From: a virus
IMG/VR virus record: IMGVR_UViG_3300009081_000012
Location: 1 to 64,000 of that record
DNA length: 64,000 bases
Reading direction: 5' to 3' (one strand)
The first letter of the stretch is position 1. Every line of letters starts with the position of its first letter. A model generated the notes under the pieces. The model was given only the letters and a program-made list of their open reading frames with translations, ran no database searches and had not been told where the DNA came from. A program made the position numbers and the translations under genes. This document shows positions 27,442 through 37,973 of the stretch, piece by piece.

Positions 27442-27641
27442 GTAAAAAATTAGGTAGATTAAATTTAGCAAGACAAACAGCAACCGCTTCTGGCTGGTTA
27501 TTACATTATGATTTAGTAAAGACAAGAGAAGAAGGTATTAAATATGTCAATAGAGGTAGAGTTAGAATTAATGATATGATAGCTAGACCAAATGTGGGTT
27601 ATTGTAAAGTAAAAAAGGAGGATATAAAGATTATAAATTAA
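27438..27641 (+). CDS. S4-like RNA-binding domain protein
   Basis: LVKTREEGIKYVNRGRVRINDMIARP..VKKEDIKI fits the S4 pattern. Confidence 0.45.
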   Translation: MSKKLGRLNLARQTATASGWLLHYDLVKTREEGIKYVNRGRVRINDMIARPNVGYCKVKKEDIKIIN

Positions 27642-27909
27642 TTTTGTTTTCTTATAACATCATCATTTAGATTGATCTTTTTAAAATACTGTACGTGGGG
27701 GAGTTTAAGAATGGTGAGAAAGATGTGTCTAAAACAGTGGATACGACCAACTATGTATACACCACCAGTACCAGGAGAAGGGGATTGTACAACATGTGTG
27801 GCGGATGAGGAAAACAAAAAATGTATAGGATATTGTGAAATAACAGTAACGGAATTCGAGGTGGTCAACTAGTTGTATTTTAAATTCTAACAAAAGGAGA
27901 ATTAATACA

Positions 27910-28548
27910 ATGAGTGACGAAGAAGATGAGAAAAAAAGAGAGCTTTTGTGGCGTTCTAAATTTACAATTCATCCGATAATCTATAAAGCACAAGATAATT
28001 GTAGAAGAGATGTAAGAACATTTATTTTTGATAAGAGTTACATTTTAGAAAGATATATAGATCATTTTCATTTAAGAGCGTACACCGATACAGATATAAT
28101 GTATAAAATATTGATGTGGGTTATAGATAGCTTACAATACGTAGGTGACGAGAAAACAAGAAGACAACACGAATATTGGCAAAATCCAGAGGAAACTTTA
28201 TGTACGCTGCTTGGTGATTGTGAAGATGGAAGTTTATTAATAAAATCATTATCTTTAATAGCAGGAGTTCCTGACTGGAAAGTAAAAATAGTAGCTGGAA
28301 AAGTTGCAGAGGGAGGTCACGCTTATTGTACGTACATTAGGGATGATGATACACAAGTTATTTTAGATTGGTGCTATTGGGCAAACCGTTTGCCTATAAA
28401 CGAGAGACTTCCAATTGAAAAAGAAACTAACTATAAAGAAATTTGGTTTTCATTTGACAAAGAAAACGGATATGCATCAAAACCAACAGAATACGGTGCA
28501 GGAAAAGTAGGGACTACTGGTGTTGAGGTTAAAGAATTTTTTGACTAA
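27910..28548 (+). CDS. transglutaminase-like cysteine protease
   Basis: YWQNPEETL..GDCED..GHAY..ILD catalytic C/H/D. Confidence 0.85.
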   Translation: MSDEEDEKKRELLWRSKFTIHPIIYKAQDNCRRDVRTFIFDKSYILERYIDHFHLRAYTDTDIMYKILMWVIDSLQYVGDEKTRRQHEYWQNPEETLCTLLGDCEDGSLLIKSLSLIAGVPDWKVKIVAGKVAEGGHAYCTYIRDDDTQVILDWCYWANRLPINERLPIEKETNYKEIWFSFDKENGYASKPTEYGAGKVGTTGVEVKEFFD

Positions 28549-28563
28549 ATTGATGAGTTTATA

Positions 28564-28591
28564 TTGACAATTTCAAAAAAGTGCTTATTAT
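28564..28591 (+). promoter_or_regulatory. sigma70-like promoter of the glycosylation cluster
   Basis: TTGACA-16-TATTAT. Confidence 0.65.
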
Positions 28592-28623
28592 AAAATGTAT
28601 AATAACAGTATAGGAGATAACAC

Positions 28624-29127
28624 TTGAACAAATTATGTTTAAATGTAGGATGTGGGGAAAAAACATATGCTTTTTATCCTAACGAAGAATACAAATGTAT
28701 TAATCTAGACAACAGGGCTCTTTCTAATGTTCAGATTGTAGGGGATGTTAGAAAGTTGGATTTTCCAAACGAACATTTTGATTATATTTTAGCAAGCGAT
28801 ATAATCGAACATTTTCCAATTAGTAAAACAGAAAGTTTGCTTAATGAATGGGCAAGGGTTTTAAAGGTTGGTGGTATTATGGAAATAAGAACACCTAACA
28901 TTGAGTGGATGGTTGTACATTATGCTCAAACAAGAGACTGTAAGTTTGTATCGTGGCATATTTTTGGCGGGCAAGATTATCCAGGAAATTACCACTATGT
29001 TATATTTGATAGATCTTTATTAAATGAGTTTTGTAATAAAGTAGGTTTGTATGAAGTTGAGTATGAAAATCTTGATTCTAACTTCACACTAAAAGTAATT
29101 AAACAAGGTTATTTAAACGAGGCGTAG
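28624..29127 (+). CDS. class I SAM methyltransferase (type 11-like)
   Basis: LNVGCG, DIIEHF, RVLKVGG. Confidence 0.8.
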   Translation: MNKLCLNVGCGEKTYAFYPNEEYKCINLDNRALSNVQIVGDVRKLDFPNEHFDYILASDIIEHFPISKTESLLNEWARVLKVGGIMEIRTPNIEWMVVHYAQTRDCKFVSWHIFGGQDYPGNYHYVIFDRSLLNEFCNKVGLYEVEYENLDSNFTLKVIKQGYLNEA

Positions 29128-29130
29128 AAA

Positions 29131-30009
29131 ATGAATGTTATAGTTAGACCGGTATTCAACAGACCTGAAATGCTTTATCTTGCTCTTAAATATGAACAAA
29201 AAGCCAGAGAACATTTTGATGATGATTATTATACTATATTTGCAATTGATCATGGGACTTGTGATAAATGTTTTGATATAATAAAAGATTACAAATACAA
29301 GCATGTTGTTGTAGCCCGCCCAACAAGATACAAAGTATGTGCTAATATTATGGAGGCTTTAAAACAAGCATGCACGATGGACACAGAGTATGTTATAAAC
29401 ATGGAGGACGATCTTGTTTTACATAAATCATATTTTGAATTTGTTAATAAAGCGCATAACTTAGTAAAAGATAGAAAGTATTCAGTTATCACCACGTGGG
29501 GTTATAAAGATTTTGGGGATCCAACTATACTTAAACAAACTGATTTTTCATGTGGTCCTGGTACTGTAATAAGCAAAGAGTTTTTTATAAAACACATGCT
29601 ACAGTATGCTAATGCTGGATATTATAACAATTGGGTATCAACAATACAGAAAGTTAACGCGTTAAATAAAAATAACCCCAATGCAAAATATACTGAAAAA
29701 AATGCTTTTACTCACTTAGATTGGGATGGTCTAATGAATAGAATGGTTGACTATGCCTCATACAGTAATGAGATATATGGTTATTCGTCTTTATGTTATA
29801 GATTGTTACATGTAGGATTTTATGGATTTAATAGACAGGGTGGAAAATTTCCGCCCGAATTAAAAACATTTGAAGAAAGAGTTGATTTTCTTGAACAAGG
29901 TATTTATAATCCAGATGTTTTAGCTCAATTAGATGGTGTTTATAAAGACTATTCTATATTTGATCCAAAATTAGATACTTGGGATGGTAATTTAATTTTA
30001 GAAAATTAA
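29131..30009 (+). CDS. GT-A fold glycosyltransferase
   Basis: PVFNRPEML, INMEDD, HVGFYG. Confidence 0.65.
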   Translation: MNVIVRPVFNRPEMLYLALKYEQKAREHFDDDYYTIFAIDHGTCDKCFDIIKDYKYKHVVVARPTRYKVCANIMEALKQACTMDTEYVINMEDDLVLHKSYFEFVNKAHNLVKDRKYSVITTWGYKDFGDPTILKQTDFSCGPGTVISKEFFIKHMLQYANAGYYNNWVSTIQKVNALNKNNPNAKYTEKNAFTHLDWDGLMNRMVDYASYSNEIYGYSSLCYRLLHVGFYGFNRQGGKFPPELKTFEERVDFLEQGIYNPDVLAQLDGVYKDYSIFDPKLDTWDGNLILEN

Positions 30010-30021
30010 AGAAGGAGAAGG

Positions 30022-30855
30022 ATGCCGAAAATATCTATAGTTTCGTCCTATTTTAATCGTAAAAACGAATTATGGCGAACATTAAAAGTAATGGACAAAT
30101 CTTCATTTAAAGACTTTGAATATGTGATAGTTGATGATGGTAGTGATTATAGGCAGAGGATAGAAGATTTGGCTGAAGAATTTAAATTTGTAAAACTAAA
30201 AAGAATCGAGCCGGCCGATAAACACCACATAAACCCTTGTATACCTTTCAACATGGGTATAGCTATGGCTGAAGGGGACATAATAATACTACAAAGCCCA
30301 GAATGTATGCACATGGGAGATGTATTAAACTTCGTAGCAAACAATTCAAAAGACAATCAATATTTAGTATTCTCGTGTTACTCATTAAGTCGCACATCGT
30401 CTAACAATCTGGAAAACATTAACTTTAATTTAACTTTACAAGATATAGAGAACAACACAACAAAAGCCATAGGTGGTTTTTCAAACAAGAGTTGTGATAG
30501 TGGTGGACGTTATGATACGTGGTTTGCTCACCCAACATATCGGCGTTGTTTAAATAATTTTTTGGTATCCATGCCAATGAAGGACATGCGCGACTTAGGA
30601 GGTTTCGATGAGCGGTTTGCTGATGGTTTTGCGTTTGATGATACTGATTTTGCGGTGAGAATCATGAAAAAGAAAATGGAAGTTAAATTTATAGAAAAGC
30701 CGTTTTGTTTACACCAATTTCATGAATCGGTACTAGAACATATATCTGATTTAAGAGTAAAAGAAGCTAAAAATAAAAAATTATATGAGAAACTTTGTAC
30801 ATTACCTAATTATAAGATTAAAAACAGCTTTATACCCATCAAGGATAATTTATAA
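30022..30855 (+). CDS. glycosyltransferase family 2
   Basis: ISIV..YFNR, IVDDGS, GGFDERF..DDTDF. Confidence 0.88.
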   Translation: MPKISIVSSYFNRKNELWRTLKVMDKSSFKDFEYVIVDDGSDYRQRIEDLAEEFKFVKLKRIEPADKHHINPCIPFNMGIAMAEGDIIILQSPECMHMGDVLNFVANNSKDNQYLVFSCYSLSRTSSNNLENINFNLTLQDIENNTTKAIGGFSNKSCDSGGRYDTWFAHPTYRRCLNNFLVSMPMKDMRDLGGFDERFADGFAFDDTDFAVRIMKKKMEVKFIEKPFCLHQFHESVLEHISDLRVKEAKNKKLYEKLCTLPNYKIKNSFIPIKDNL

Positions 30856-31710
30856 ATGATACCTAAACGGATGTATTTCTTTTGGAGCGGATCAGTATTA
30901 TCATGGATGCGCTATATGACGTTATACTCATTTAGAAAACTCAATCCAGATTGGGAGATGGTCTTATGTTTATCTAAAAATACGATTACAGAGAAAAGCT
31001 GGGCCACTCCAGAAGTACAGGATTTTTTTAATTACAGTGGAAACAATTATTTAGACAAAATTTCAGAACTGTCTATACAAACAGAGACGGTGGAATTCCC
31101 TGTTGATTTTAAAGCAAACATAGTTTCTCCTATCCATGAAAGCGATCTTTATAGATATTATAAATTATATAACGATGGTGGTTTTTACTCTGATATGGAC
31201 ATTCTATATTTTAGACCGATTAACGATTTTTATAGTTCGTTGTGTGATAACAATACCAACACTGTATTATACCATTGTGGTGGTTATGCGGCTATAGGAT
31301 TTTTAGGAGCAGAAAAAGATAATATATTTTACAAAGATTTATTTAATTATGCTACAAACCTAACAGCAGTAAGTTCTTATCAGGCTTTTGGTGTTGGGCT
31401 TATTTATCAATTTTGTGAAATAGAAAAGAACAAAAAATCTATAAATAGCATAAGTGAGATATTAAAAAGTAAATACACCAATTTAAATATTTGCTCAATA
31501 CCAAGTTTTCTGGTTTATCAATACGACTGGAATAATATTAAAAATACCTTCGAACATGGGTACGCTGTTGATAGTTTTAATTCAAAATCAATAGGCTATC
31601 ATTGGTATGCCGGTTCTGCTATAGCACAAAAATACAACAATTTATTAAATGAAGGTAATTATACTAAGTATAAAACTACTTTTTCTGAACTGGTGAAAAG
31701 TGTTATATGA
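30856..31710 (+). CDS. glycosyltransferase family 32 (DxD, OCH1-like)
   Basis: MIPK..FFW, SDLYRY..GGFYSDMD. Confidence 0.8.
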   Translation: MIPKRMYFFWSGSVLSWMRYMTLYSFRKLNPDWEMVLCLSKNTITEKSWATPEVQDFFNYSGNNYLDKISELSIQTETVEFPVDFKANIVSPIHESDLYRYYKLYNDGGFYSDMDILYFRPINDFYSSLCDNNTNTVLYHCGGYAAIGFLGAEKDNIFYKDLFNYATNLTAVSSYQAFGVGLIYQFCEIEKNKKSINSISEILKSKYTNLNICSIPSFLVYQYDWNNIKNTFEHGYAVDSFNSKSIGYHWYAGSAIAQKYNNLLNEGNYTKYKTTFSELVKSVI

Positions 31711-32777
31711 AAATAATGACTGTTGTTGGCACACGCCCGGAATTAATTCGTCTTTGTATTATAATAGACAAACTTGACAAACTTGTAGATCACAAACTTA
31801 TATATACAAATCAGAACTATGATTATAATTTGAGTGGTAAATTTTTTGACGAACTAAAAATAAGAAAACCAGATTACACATTTGAAATGGCCGGGAGCTC
31901 ATTTGGTAATTTTCTTGGTAACGCTTTAATTGAATTTGAAAAAATATTGATGACAGAAAAACCAGACAAGGTCTTAATATTAGGCGATACTAATTCTGGA
32001 TTGGTTTCCATCATAGCGGAACGGTATAAAATTCATGTGTATCATATGGAGGCTGGAAATAGATGTTATGATAAGAGAGTACCGGAAGAAACCAATCGTC
32101 GTGTTATTGATCATCTTTCTACTTATAATCTTCCTTATACGGAGAACAGTAAATATAATCTTTTGAGCGAAGGTTTTCACAAGAATAATGTTTTTAAAAC
32201 AGGTAATCCTATTTACGAGGTTTTAAAGTTTTATGAACACAACATAAACGAAAGTAATATTTTAAATGCATTGGGTTTAATAGAAAAAGAATTCGTGTTA
32301 GTAACTGCACACAGGGCGGAGAATGTTGATAATTTAGATTCATTGTCTGATATAATAAAAGCTATAAATGAGATATCAAAACAATTTAAAGTTGTATTTT
32401 CTTTACACCCGCGCACTAAAGACAAGTTAATTAAATTTAATGTAGATATGTCAGATGATATTATGTTTAGTGAGCCTTTTGGATTCTTCGATTTTGTTAA
32501 ACTTGAAAAAAACGCTAAACTTATTATTAGTGATAGTGGTACCGTGACAGAGGAATCCTGTATTTTTGGGGTTCCGGTCATAACCATCAGAAACACAACC
32601 GAAAGACAGGAAACTATAGAGTGTGGATCTAACATATTGTCAGGCATTAAGTGTGAGAATATTATGGGTGCGTTTAACGTAATGTTAAAAAGAAATAACA
32701 CGTGGACACCACCAAACGATTATATGGTAGATGGTGTGTCAGATGTAGTTATAAATATATTGTTAGGAACAAATTAA
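31707..32777 (+). CDS. UDP-N-acetylhexosamine 2-epimerase, non-hydrolysing (FnlC/WbjD/WbvD-like)
   Basis: VGTRPELIRL, HMEAGNRCYDKRVPEETNR, SDSGTVTEE. Confidence 0.9.
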   Translation: MKIMTVVGTRPELIRLCIIIDKLDKLVDHKLIYTNQNYDYNLSGKFFDELKIRKPDYTFEMAGSSFGNFLGNALIEFEKILMTEKPDKVLILGDTNSGLVSIIAERYKIHVYHMEAGNRCYDKRVPEETNRRVIDHLSTYNLPYTENSKYNLLSEGFHKNNVFKTGNPIYEVLKFYEHNINESNILNALGLIEKEFVLVTAHRAENVDNLDSLSDIIKAINEISKQFKVVFSLHPRTKDKLIKFNVDMSDDIMFSEPFGFFDFVKLEKNAKLIISDSGTVTEESCIFGVPVITIRNTTERQETIECGSNILSGIKCENIMGAFNVMLKRNNTWTPPNDYMVDGVSDVVINILLGTN

Positions 32778-32779
32778 TT

Positions 32780-33634
32780 ATGATACCAAAAAGAATATTT
32801 TTCTATTGGGACAGACCTTATATGTCTTGGATGCGTTTTATGACATTATATTCATTTAGGAAAATGAATCCAGATTGGGAAATGATTTTATGTGTGTCAT
32901 CTAATAAAGAATGGGATATTCAAAAAGACGACCAACGAGATTTTGCAAGCTATAAAGGGTATAACTATTTCGATAGAATAGTGGAACTAAATGTTTCAAT
33001 TGAGAACGTTGGATACATGGATGGTATTGAATCTAAAGTTAGCGCAATTACTCCTATCCATGAAAGCGATCTTTATAGATATTATAAATTATATAACGAT
33101 GGTGGTTTTTACTCTGATATGGACATTCTATATTTTAGACCGATAGATAATTTTTATAGTCAAATAACACAAAGTGGGGCTGGAACTATTATATACGCCT
33201 GCAAAAAATACGCAGCTGTTGGATTTTTGGGGGCTGAAAAAGGCAATCCATTCTATATAGATTTATTAAAATCCGTGATTGGTTGGAATCATAATAATGA
33301 ATGGGAAGCTTATGGTGAAATGCTACTTTATAGTTTCTTTGGTATAAAAAACAACCCGCTTGCGCTCATTGAAAATATAAATAAAAAATACAAAGAAGCA
33401 AAAGCATATAACATACCAAAAGAATTAGTATATTGCTACGATTGTTTTGATATACAATCAGTTTACGATACACCGGTTGGCATAAACAAATTTGATCCTG
33501 TGTCTATAGGCTACCATTGGTATGGCGGTCATCAACTTTCCAAAAAGCATAATAATGTTTTGGATGAAAATAATTATAGAAATTACAAAATAACTTTTTC
33601 TGAAATAGTTAAAGAATTACAGGAGATGAACTAG
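32780..33634 (+). CDS. glycosyltransferase family 32, paralog of 30856
   Basis: same motifs; shares an identical 94-bp tract. Confidence 0.8.
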   Translation: MIPKRIFFYWDRPYMSWMRFMTLYSFRKMNPDWEMILCVSSNKEWDIQKDDQRDFASYKGYNYFDRIVELNVSIENVGYMDGIESKVSAITPIHESDLYRYYKLYNDGGFYSDMDILYFRPIDNFYSQITQSGAGTIIYACKKYAAVGFLGAEKGNPFYIDLLKSVIGWNHNNEWEAYGEMLLYSFFGIKNNPLALIENINKKYKEAKAYNIPKELVYCYDCFDIQSVYDTPVGINKFDPVSIGYHWYGGHQLSKKHNNVLDENNYRNYKITFSEIVKELQEMN

Positions 33635-34377
33635 TGGATAATAGATTTATAGTAGTGGTTCCGGTATTTAATTCAGAAAAATATATTAAAAAATGTATAG
33701 AGTCGATTCTTTTTCAAAATTATTCTAATTATAAATTGGTTGTAATGGACGATTGTTCCACCGACAACACATATAATAATATAAATAACATTCAGGATAC
33801 AAATAACTATAATTTTGTTGTTTGTAAAAACCATTATCGTGTTGGCTCGGCTTTAGCCAACATAGTTAAAGGAATAGAGCTTTTTTCCCACAACCCAGAA
33901 GACGTCATAGTAACTGTTGATGGTGATGATTTTTTATACAACAATACAGTGTTAACATATTTAAATGGTGTATACCAAGATGAAAATATTTATATGACAT
34001 ATGGCCAGTTCATACCACTAAGCGGCTCTTATGGTAAGTTTTGTAGACCTATTGCTGACACACGCAAATACAGAAAGGCAGAATGGTGTGCCAGTCATTT
34101 AAGGACCTTTAAAAATAAATTATGGTATAGAATTAATGACGCTGACTTAAGAGATAAAAATGGAGAATATTTTAAAGTTACAGGAGACGCCGCCTATTTA
34201 TATCCGTTGTTGGAAATGTGTGGGGCAAAGCATCATAAATTTGTAGATGAGATATTATACGTCTATAACGACATAAATCCGGCCAACGATATGAAGATTA
34301 ACGTAACAGAACAAAAAAGAACTGCAACACACATCATAAACAAGACTCCGTATAATGAAATAGAGGGTGTTATATAA
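33634..34377 (+). CDS. glycosyltransferase family 2
   Basis: VVPVFN, MDDCSTD, VDGDD. Confidence 0.88.
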   Translation: MDNRFIVVVPVFNSEKYIKKCIESILFQNYSNYKLVVMDDCSTDNTYNNINNIQDTNNYNFVVCKNHYRVGSALANIVKGIELFSHNPEDVIVTVDGDDFLYNNTVLTYLNGVYQDENIYMTYGQFIPLSGSYGKFCRPIADTRKYRKAEWCASHLRTFKNKLWYRINDADLRDKNGEYFKVTGDAAYLYPLLEMCGAKHHKFVDEILYVYNDINPANDMKINVTEQKRTATHIINKTPYNEIEGVI

Positions 34378-35279
34378 TGATAATCAACAGAGGTGTAGAA
34401 AATATAGATCTGCGTTGTAAAGATGAATTTGGTTATCTTTCACGGAAATATTCAAACGTGGCTTTTAATGTTGTTGACTGGAATAACAATAGCAACGATC
34501 GAAGGCGTGGTAAGAATATATTATTTACTACTGAGGGGGTTATAACAATACCAAAGAATTATGATCCTGAATATATAAAAAAATATGATGCTATGATTAC
34601 TTTTAATTCTAAATTTAAAAAACTGCATCCTGAATTGAATGTTTATTTAATTAAAGGGGTGACTAATTGGTGTGATTATTTTTGGTTGGAATCTTTTCTT
34701 TCTTATGAAGAAAAAATAAAAGGAATATGCTCAATACAAACAGTGTATAATATGAAAATGCAGCATTATGGTGAAATTAATCATTTGAAACACGACGTGA
34801 TGTGTGGATTAACAACAGAACCGTTTTTAATTTTACACACCTATAGTAAAACAACCCCATTTGGTAAACCAAAATCTCGTCAAACACCTTTATCATTTAA
34901 TCCAGGACATTATGAAAATTTAAAGAAAATCAATGAATATTTGTTCTGTTGGTGTCCTGAAAGTACGTATCATGAATTATGGAGCTATGATCATATTACA
35001 GAAAGATTATTTAATTGTTTTAAAGCTAAAACAGTAGCTATTTATTATGGATGTTACAATATAGAGGAACTTGTACCAAAAGAACTATTTATTGATTTTA
35101 GAGATTTTAATAACGATTTAAAGAATTTGTCAGCTTTTCTTATAGAATTGTCAAACGACAAAGAAAGATATAATTCCATGATTAACTCTGCCTACAAATG
35201 GAATTTAACTAACGAAATAGGCGATATTGGAAAAGCTGAAGAAGTTATTAAGCATTGTGTAGAAAAATATAAATTTTAA
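34377..35279 (+). CDS. glycosyltransferase family 10 (fucosyltransferase-like)
   Basis: ESTY..DHITERLFNCF..VAIYYG..FIDFRDF. Confidence 0.7.
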   Translation: MIINRGVENIDLRCKDEFGYLSRKYSNVAFNVVDWNNNSNDRRRGKNILFTTEGVITIPKNYDPEYIKKYDAMITFNSKFKKLHPELNVYLIKGVTNWCDYFWLESFLSYEEKIKGICSIQTVYNMKMQHYGEINHLKHDVMCGLTTEPFLILHTYSKTTPFGKPKSRQTPLSFNPGHYENLKKINEYLFCWCPESTYHELWSYDHITERLFNCFKAKTVAIYYGCYNIEELVPKELFIDFRDFNNDLKNLSAFLIELSNDKERYNSMINSAYKWNLTNEIGDIGKAEEVIKHCVEKYKF

Positions 35280-35296
35280 TTTAATGGGGTGTTATT

Positions 35297-35887
35297 GTGA
35301 AAATTTATATACAGATAGGTGCAAATATAGGAAATGATTCCTTTCAAAAAATGGTTGAACATATAGATGAAAAAATAAAAATATTATTAATAGAACCAAA
35401 TGCTGAGTTATTAGAAGAACTTTCAAACAATTATGAAAAATTAAGAAATAATCACGAAGTAATAATTGTTCCACATGGTATATCATTAATTAACGGAGAC
35501 GCTGTTATGTACTTGTATCCAGAATCTGGACACTCTACACTGATAAATAGAAAAACAAGACCTTCTGAAGATAAGGCTTTTAAAAAAGTATCAATTACGA
35601 CATTCAATACTTTGTGCGAAAAATTTTTTATAACCGATATAGAATATTTGTACATAGATACGGAAGGTTTGGATTATGAAATATTGAATTCTATAGATTT
35701 ATCAAAAATAAATATTAAAACCATAGTTTTTGAGAAATGGCCAATTGAGGATGACGACTTGTCTCAAAATTATAGAACTGGTACTATGTTTTTAAATAAT
35801 TTTATTAAGCCTAAATTTAAAGATTATAGATTCGACGATATAGTAGTGGATGGTATGCCTAGTTATAAACTTACTAAAATGAAATGA
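35297..35887 (+). CDS. FkbM family methyltransferase
   Basis: QIGANIG, IEPN, IDTEGLDYEIL. Confidence 0.85.
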   Translation: MKIYIQIGANIGNDSFQKMVEHIDEKIKILLIEPNAELLEELSNNYEKLRNNHEVIIVPHGISLINGDAVMYLYPESGHSTLINRKTRPSEDKAFKKVSITTFNTLCEKFFITDIEYLYIDTEGLDYEILNSIDLSKINIKTIVFEKWPIEDDDLSQNYRTGTMFLNNFIKPKFKDYRFDDIVVDGMPSYKLTKMK

Positions 35888-35905
35888 TATAGGAGTAATA
35901 ACATT

Positions 35906-36745
35906 ATGTACAATGAACTTACTGATGTTATAATTTATACTAAAGATAGGGCCTGTCAGTTGGATTTACTTTTAAGAAGTATAAAGGATAATTTTATGAA
36001 TACTCATAAAATATCCATACTAGAGGACTGGTCTAATGAAGAATTTAAACATGGGTACGATAAAATAAAAAGTACAGAGTATGGTTTGGAACTAGAATTT
36101 ATAAAACAGGATAGAGGTATTTTCTACAATGTTTTAAAACAAACCGCTGAGGCAAGTACAACAGAACATATACTGCCTCTCTGTGATGACGACGTCTTCA
36201 TAAGACATACAGACATTACAGATGTTTCCAAATATGTGGATGCTGATGTAGTAGGCATTCATTTTAGATTTTCAAGTGATCTTACCATCAGTTATCATCA
36301 TGGGGTTGTTTTACCTCAGCCCGATTTTATTTATATCGGTGATTATTTAAAATGGAATTGGACTACTTATAACATACCTGGTCGCTGGGGTTATCCATAC
36401 CAAGCCGGTGGAATGGTTTATAAAACAGAATTTTTAAGACATATGATACATAATATTAAATTCGATTTACCAAATTATCTTGAATCTGCAATGATGACTA
36501 ATAGGTATAAATGGAACAAACAACACATTGTAGCGTTTAAACATTCACCGATAGTTAATATTTCAATTAACAGAGTCCAGCAGGATGTCCCAAATCGAGG
36601 AGGCCGTGATGTTAATTATACACCTGTCGAACTAAATAATATTTTTCTAAGTGAAAAAATTATAGACACTGCTGATTTATATGGTATGGTTAATAACTGT
36701 GAATTTATTGAAGTACCGCTTAAGTTTATGGAGGACACAAGATGA
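35906..36745 (+). CDS. GT-A fold glycosyltransferase
   Basis: IYTKDRACQLDLLLRS, LCDDDVF. Confidence 0.65.
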   Translation: MYNELTDVIIYTKDRACQLDLLLRSIKDNFMNTHKISILEDWSNEEFKHGYDKIKSTEYGLELEFIKQDRGIFYNVLKQTAEASTTEHILPLCDDDVFIRHTDITDVSKYVDADVVGIHFRFSSDLTISYHHGVVLPQPDFIYIGDYLKWNWTTYNIPGRWGYPYQAGGMVYKTEFLRHMIHNIKFDLPNYLESAMMTNRYKWNKQHIVAFKHSPIVNISINRVQQDVPNRGGRDVNYTPVELNNIFLSEKIIDTADLYGMVNNCEFIEVPLKFMEDTR

Positions 36746-37443
36746 AAGTAGGTGTATTGGGTGCGAATGGTTTTCTTGGAAGTGAGATGGTCAGAGTACT
36801 TGGTGAAGATCATACGGTGGTTTCTTTAACCAGGGATAATTATTTACAATATAAAGGAACTTCATTTGATGTGTTTATTAATATGGCCGGCAACAATAAG
36901 AATTATTGGGCAAATAAATTTCCCCAAGAAGACTTTAAAGGTTCGGCCTTGTTGGTTTATGACAATCTTTTCGATTTTAAAATAGATAAATATGTTTTTA
37001 TGTCATCCATTGCAACATATGACATAAACAGTCATTATGGTTTTAATAAAACTTTAGCGGAAGAAATAATAAGAAGACATTCAAACAATTATTTAATTTT
37101 TAGATGTTCTGCCACTATTGACAGATGTATGAAAATAGGCATTTTAAATGATATTTTAAAAGGCATCCCTCTTTTTATATCTGGTGATAGTCAAATTCAA
37201 TTCATAACCAGAAATGCCGTAGCTAACATAATAAAAGACCTGATGTCTACAGATGTGTACAATAGAACATTTAATATGGGTGGAGTTGGTGCAGTTACAA
37301 TTAGTAGTATCGAATCCATTGTTGGGCATTCTATTATCTACGACAGTGCAGCAAAAAAAAGACATTATGAGATGGATGTATGTGAATTAAATGAATTGTT
37401 CAAATTGAAAACATCTTATGAATATGTTGAGGATATAGTATGA
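36742..37443 (+). CDS. NAD-dependent epimerase/dehydratase
   Basis: GANGFLG, YGFNK. Confidence 0.85.
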   Translation: MKVGVLGANGFLGSEMVRVLGEDHTVVSLTRDNYLQYKGTSFDVFINMAGNNKNYWANKFPQEDFKGSALLVYDNLFDFKIDKYVFMSSIATYDINSHYGFNKTLAEEIIRRHSNNYLIFRCSATIDRCMKIGILNDILKGIPLFISGDSQIQFITRNAVANIIKDLMSTDVYNRTFNMGGVGAVTISSIESIVGHSIIYDSAAKKRHYEMDVCELNELFKLKTSYEYVEDIV

Positions 37444-37970
37444 TTTATGGCTCACTTGCTGAATTTGTGCAACTAAATGCTGATAGAAACGACAGTGCTT
37501 TAGATATAGGCTGTGGTATTGGGGCATACTCAAATGTTCTTAAAGAATACGTTAGATGTAAAAAGGTTGTTACTATAGATGCTTGGGATAAAGTCAATCC
37601 GGATATTTTGATAGATTTAGAAAAAGAAGACATACCTTTCGAAGACAATACCTTTGATATTATATTGATGATGGATTTTATAGAACATTTAACTAAAGAC
37701 CGAGGCATTAAAATATTAAAACAGGCTATGGGGATAGTAAAAAAAAGAATTTTGTTATTAACACCTTTATGGTGGACAGACAATTCTGACAATGTCAATG
37801 ATCCTACTTTATGGTGTTACACAAATGTGTATGATTTACATAAATCGTTGTGGTTGCTGGATGATTTTGTGGAATGGTCCAGAGTAACTATCAATGATTT
37901 CGATGTGTCTGGTGTTTCAAATGATTATTTTGTTGGTATTTGGACAAAAAATCATAATTATAAACAGTAA
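37440..37970 (+). CDS. class I SAM methyltransferase
   Basis: LDIGCGIG, FDIILMMDFIEHL. Confidence 0.8.
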   Translation: MIYGSLAEFVQLNADRNDSALDIGCGIGAYSNVLKEYVRCKKVVTIDAWDKVNPDILIDLEKEDIPFEDNTFDIILMMDFIEHLTKDRGIKILKQAMGIVKKRILLLTPLWWTDNSDNVNDPTLWCYTNVYDLHKSLWLLDDFVEWSRVTINDFDVSGVSNDYFVGIWTKNHNYKQ

Positions 37971-37973
37971 CAT

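Noticed and set aside
31127-33144. Diversity-generating retroelement TR/VR pair
   Set aside because: The copies are identical with no adenine-specific mismatches, and no reverse transcriptase is present in the window.
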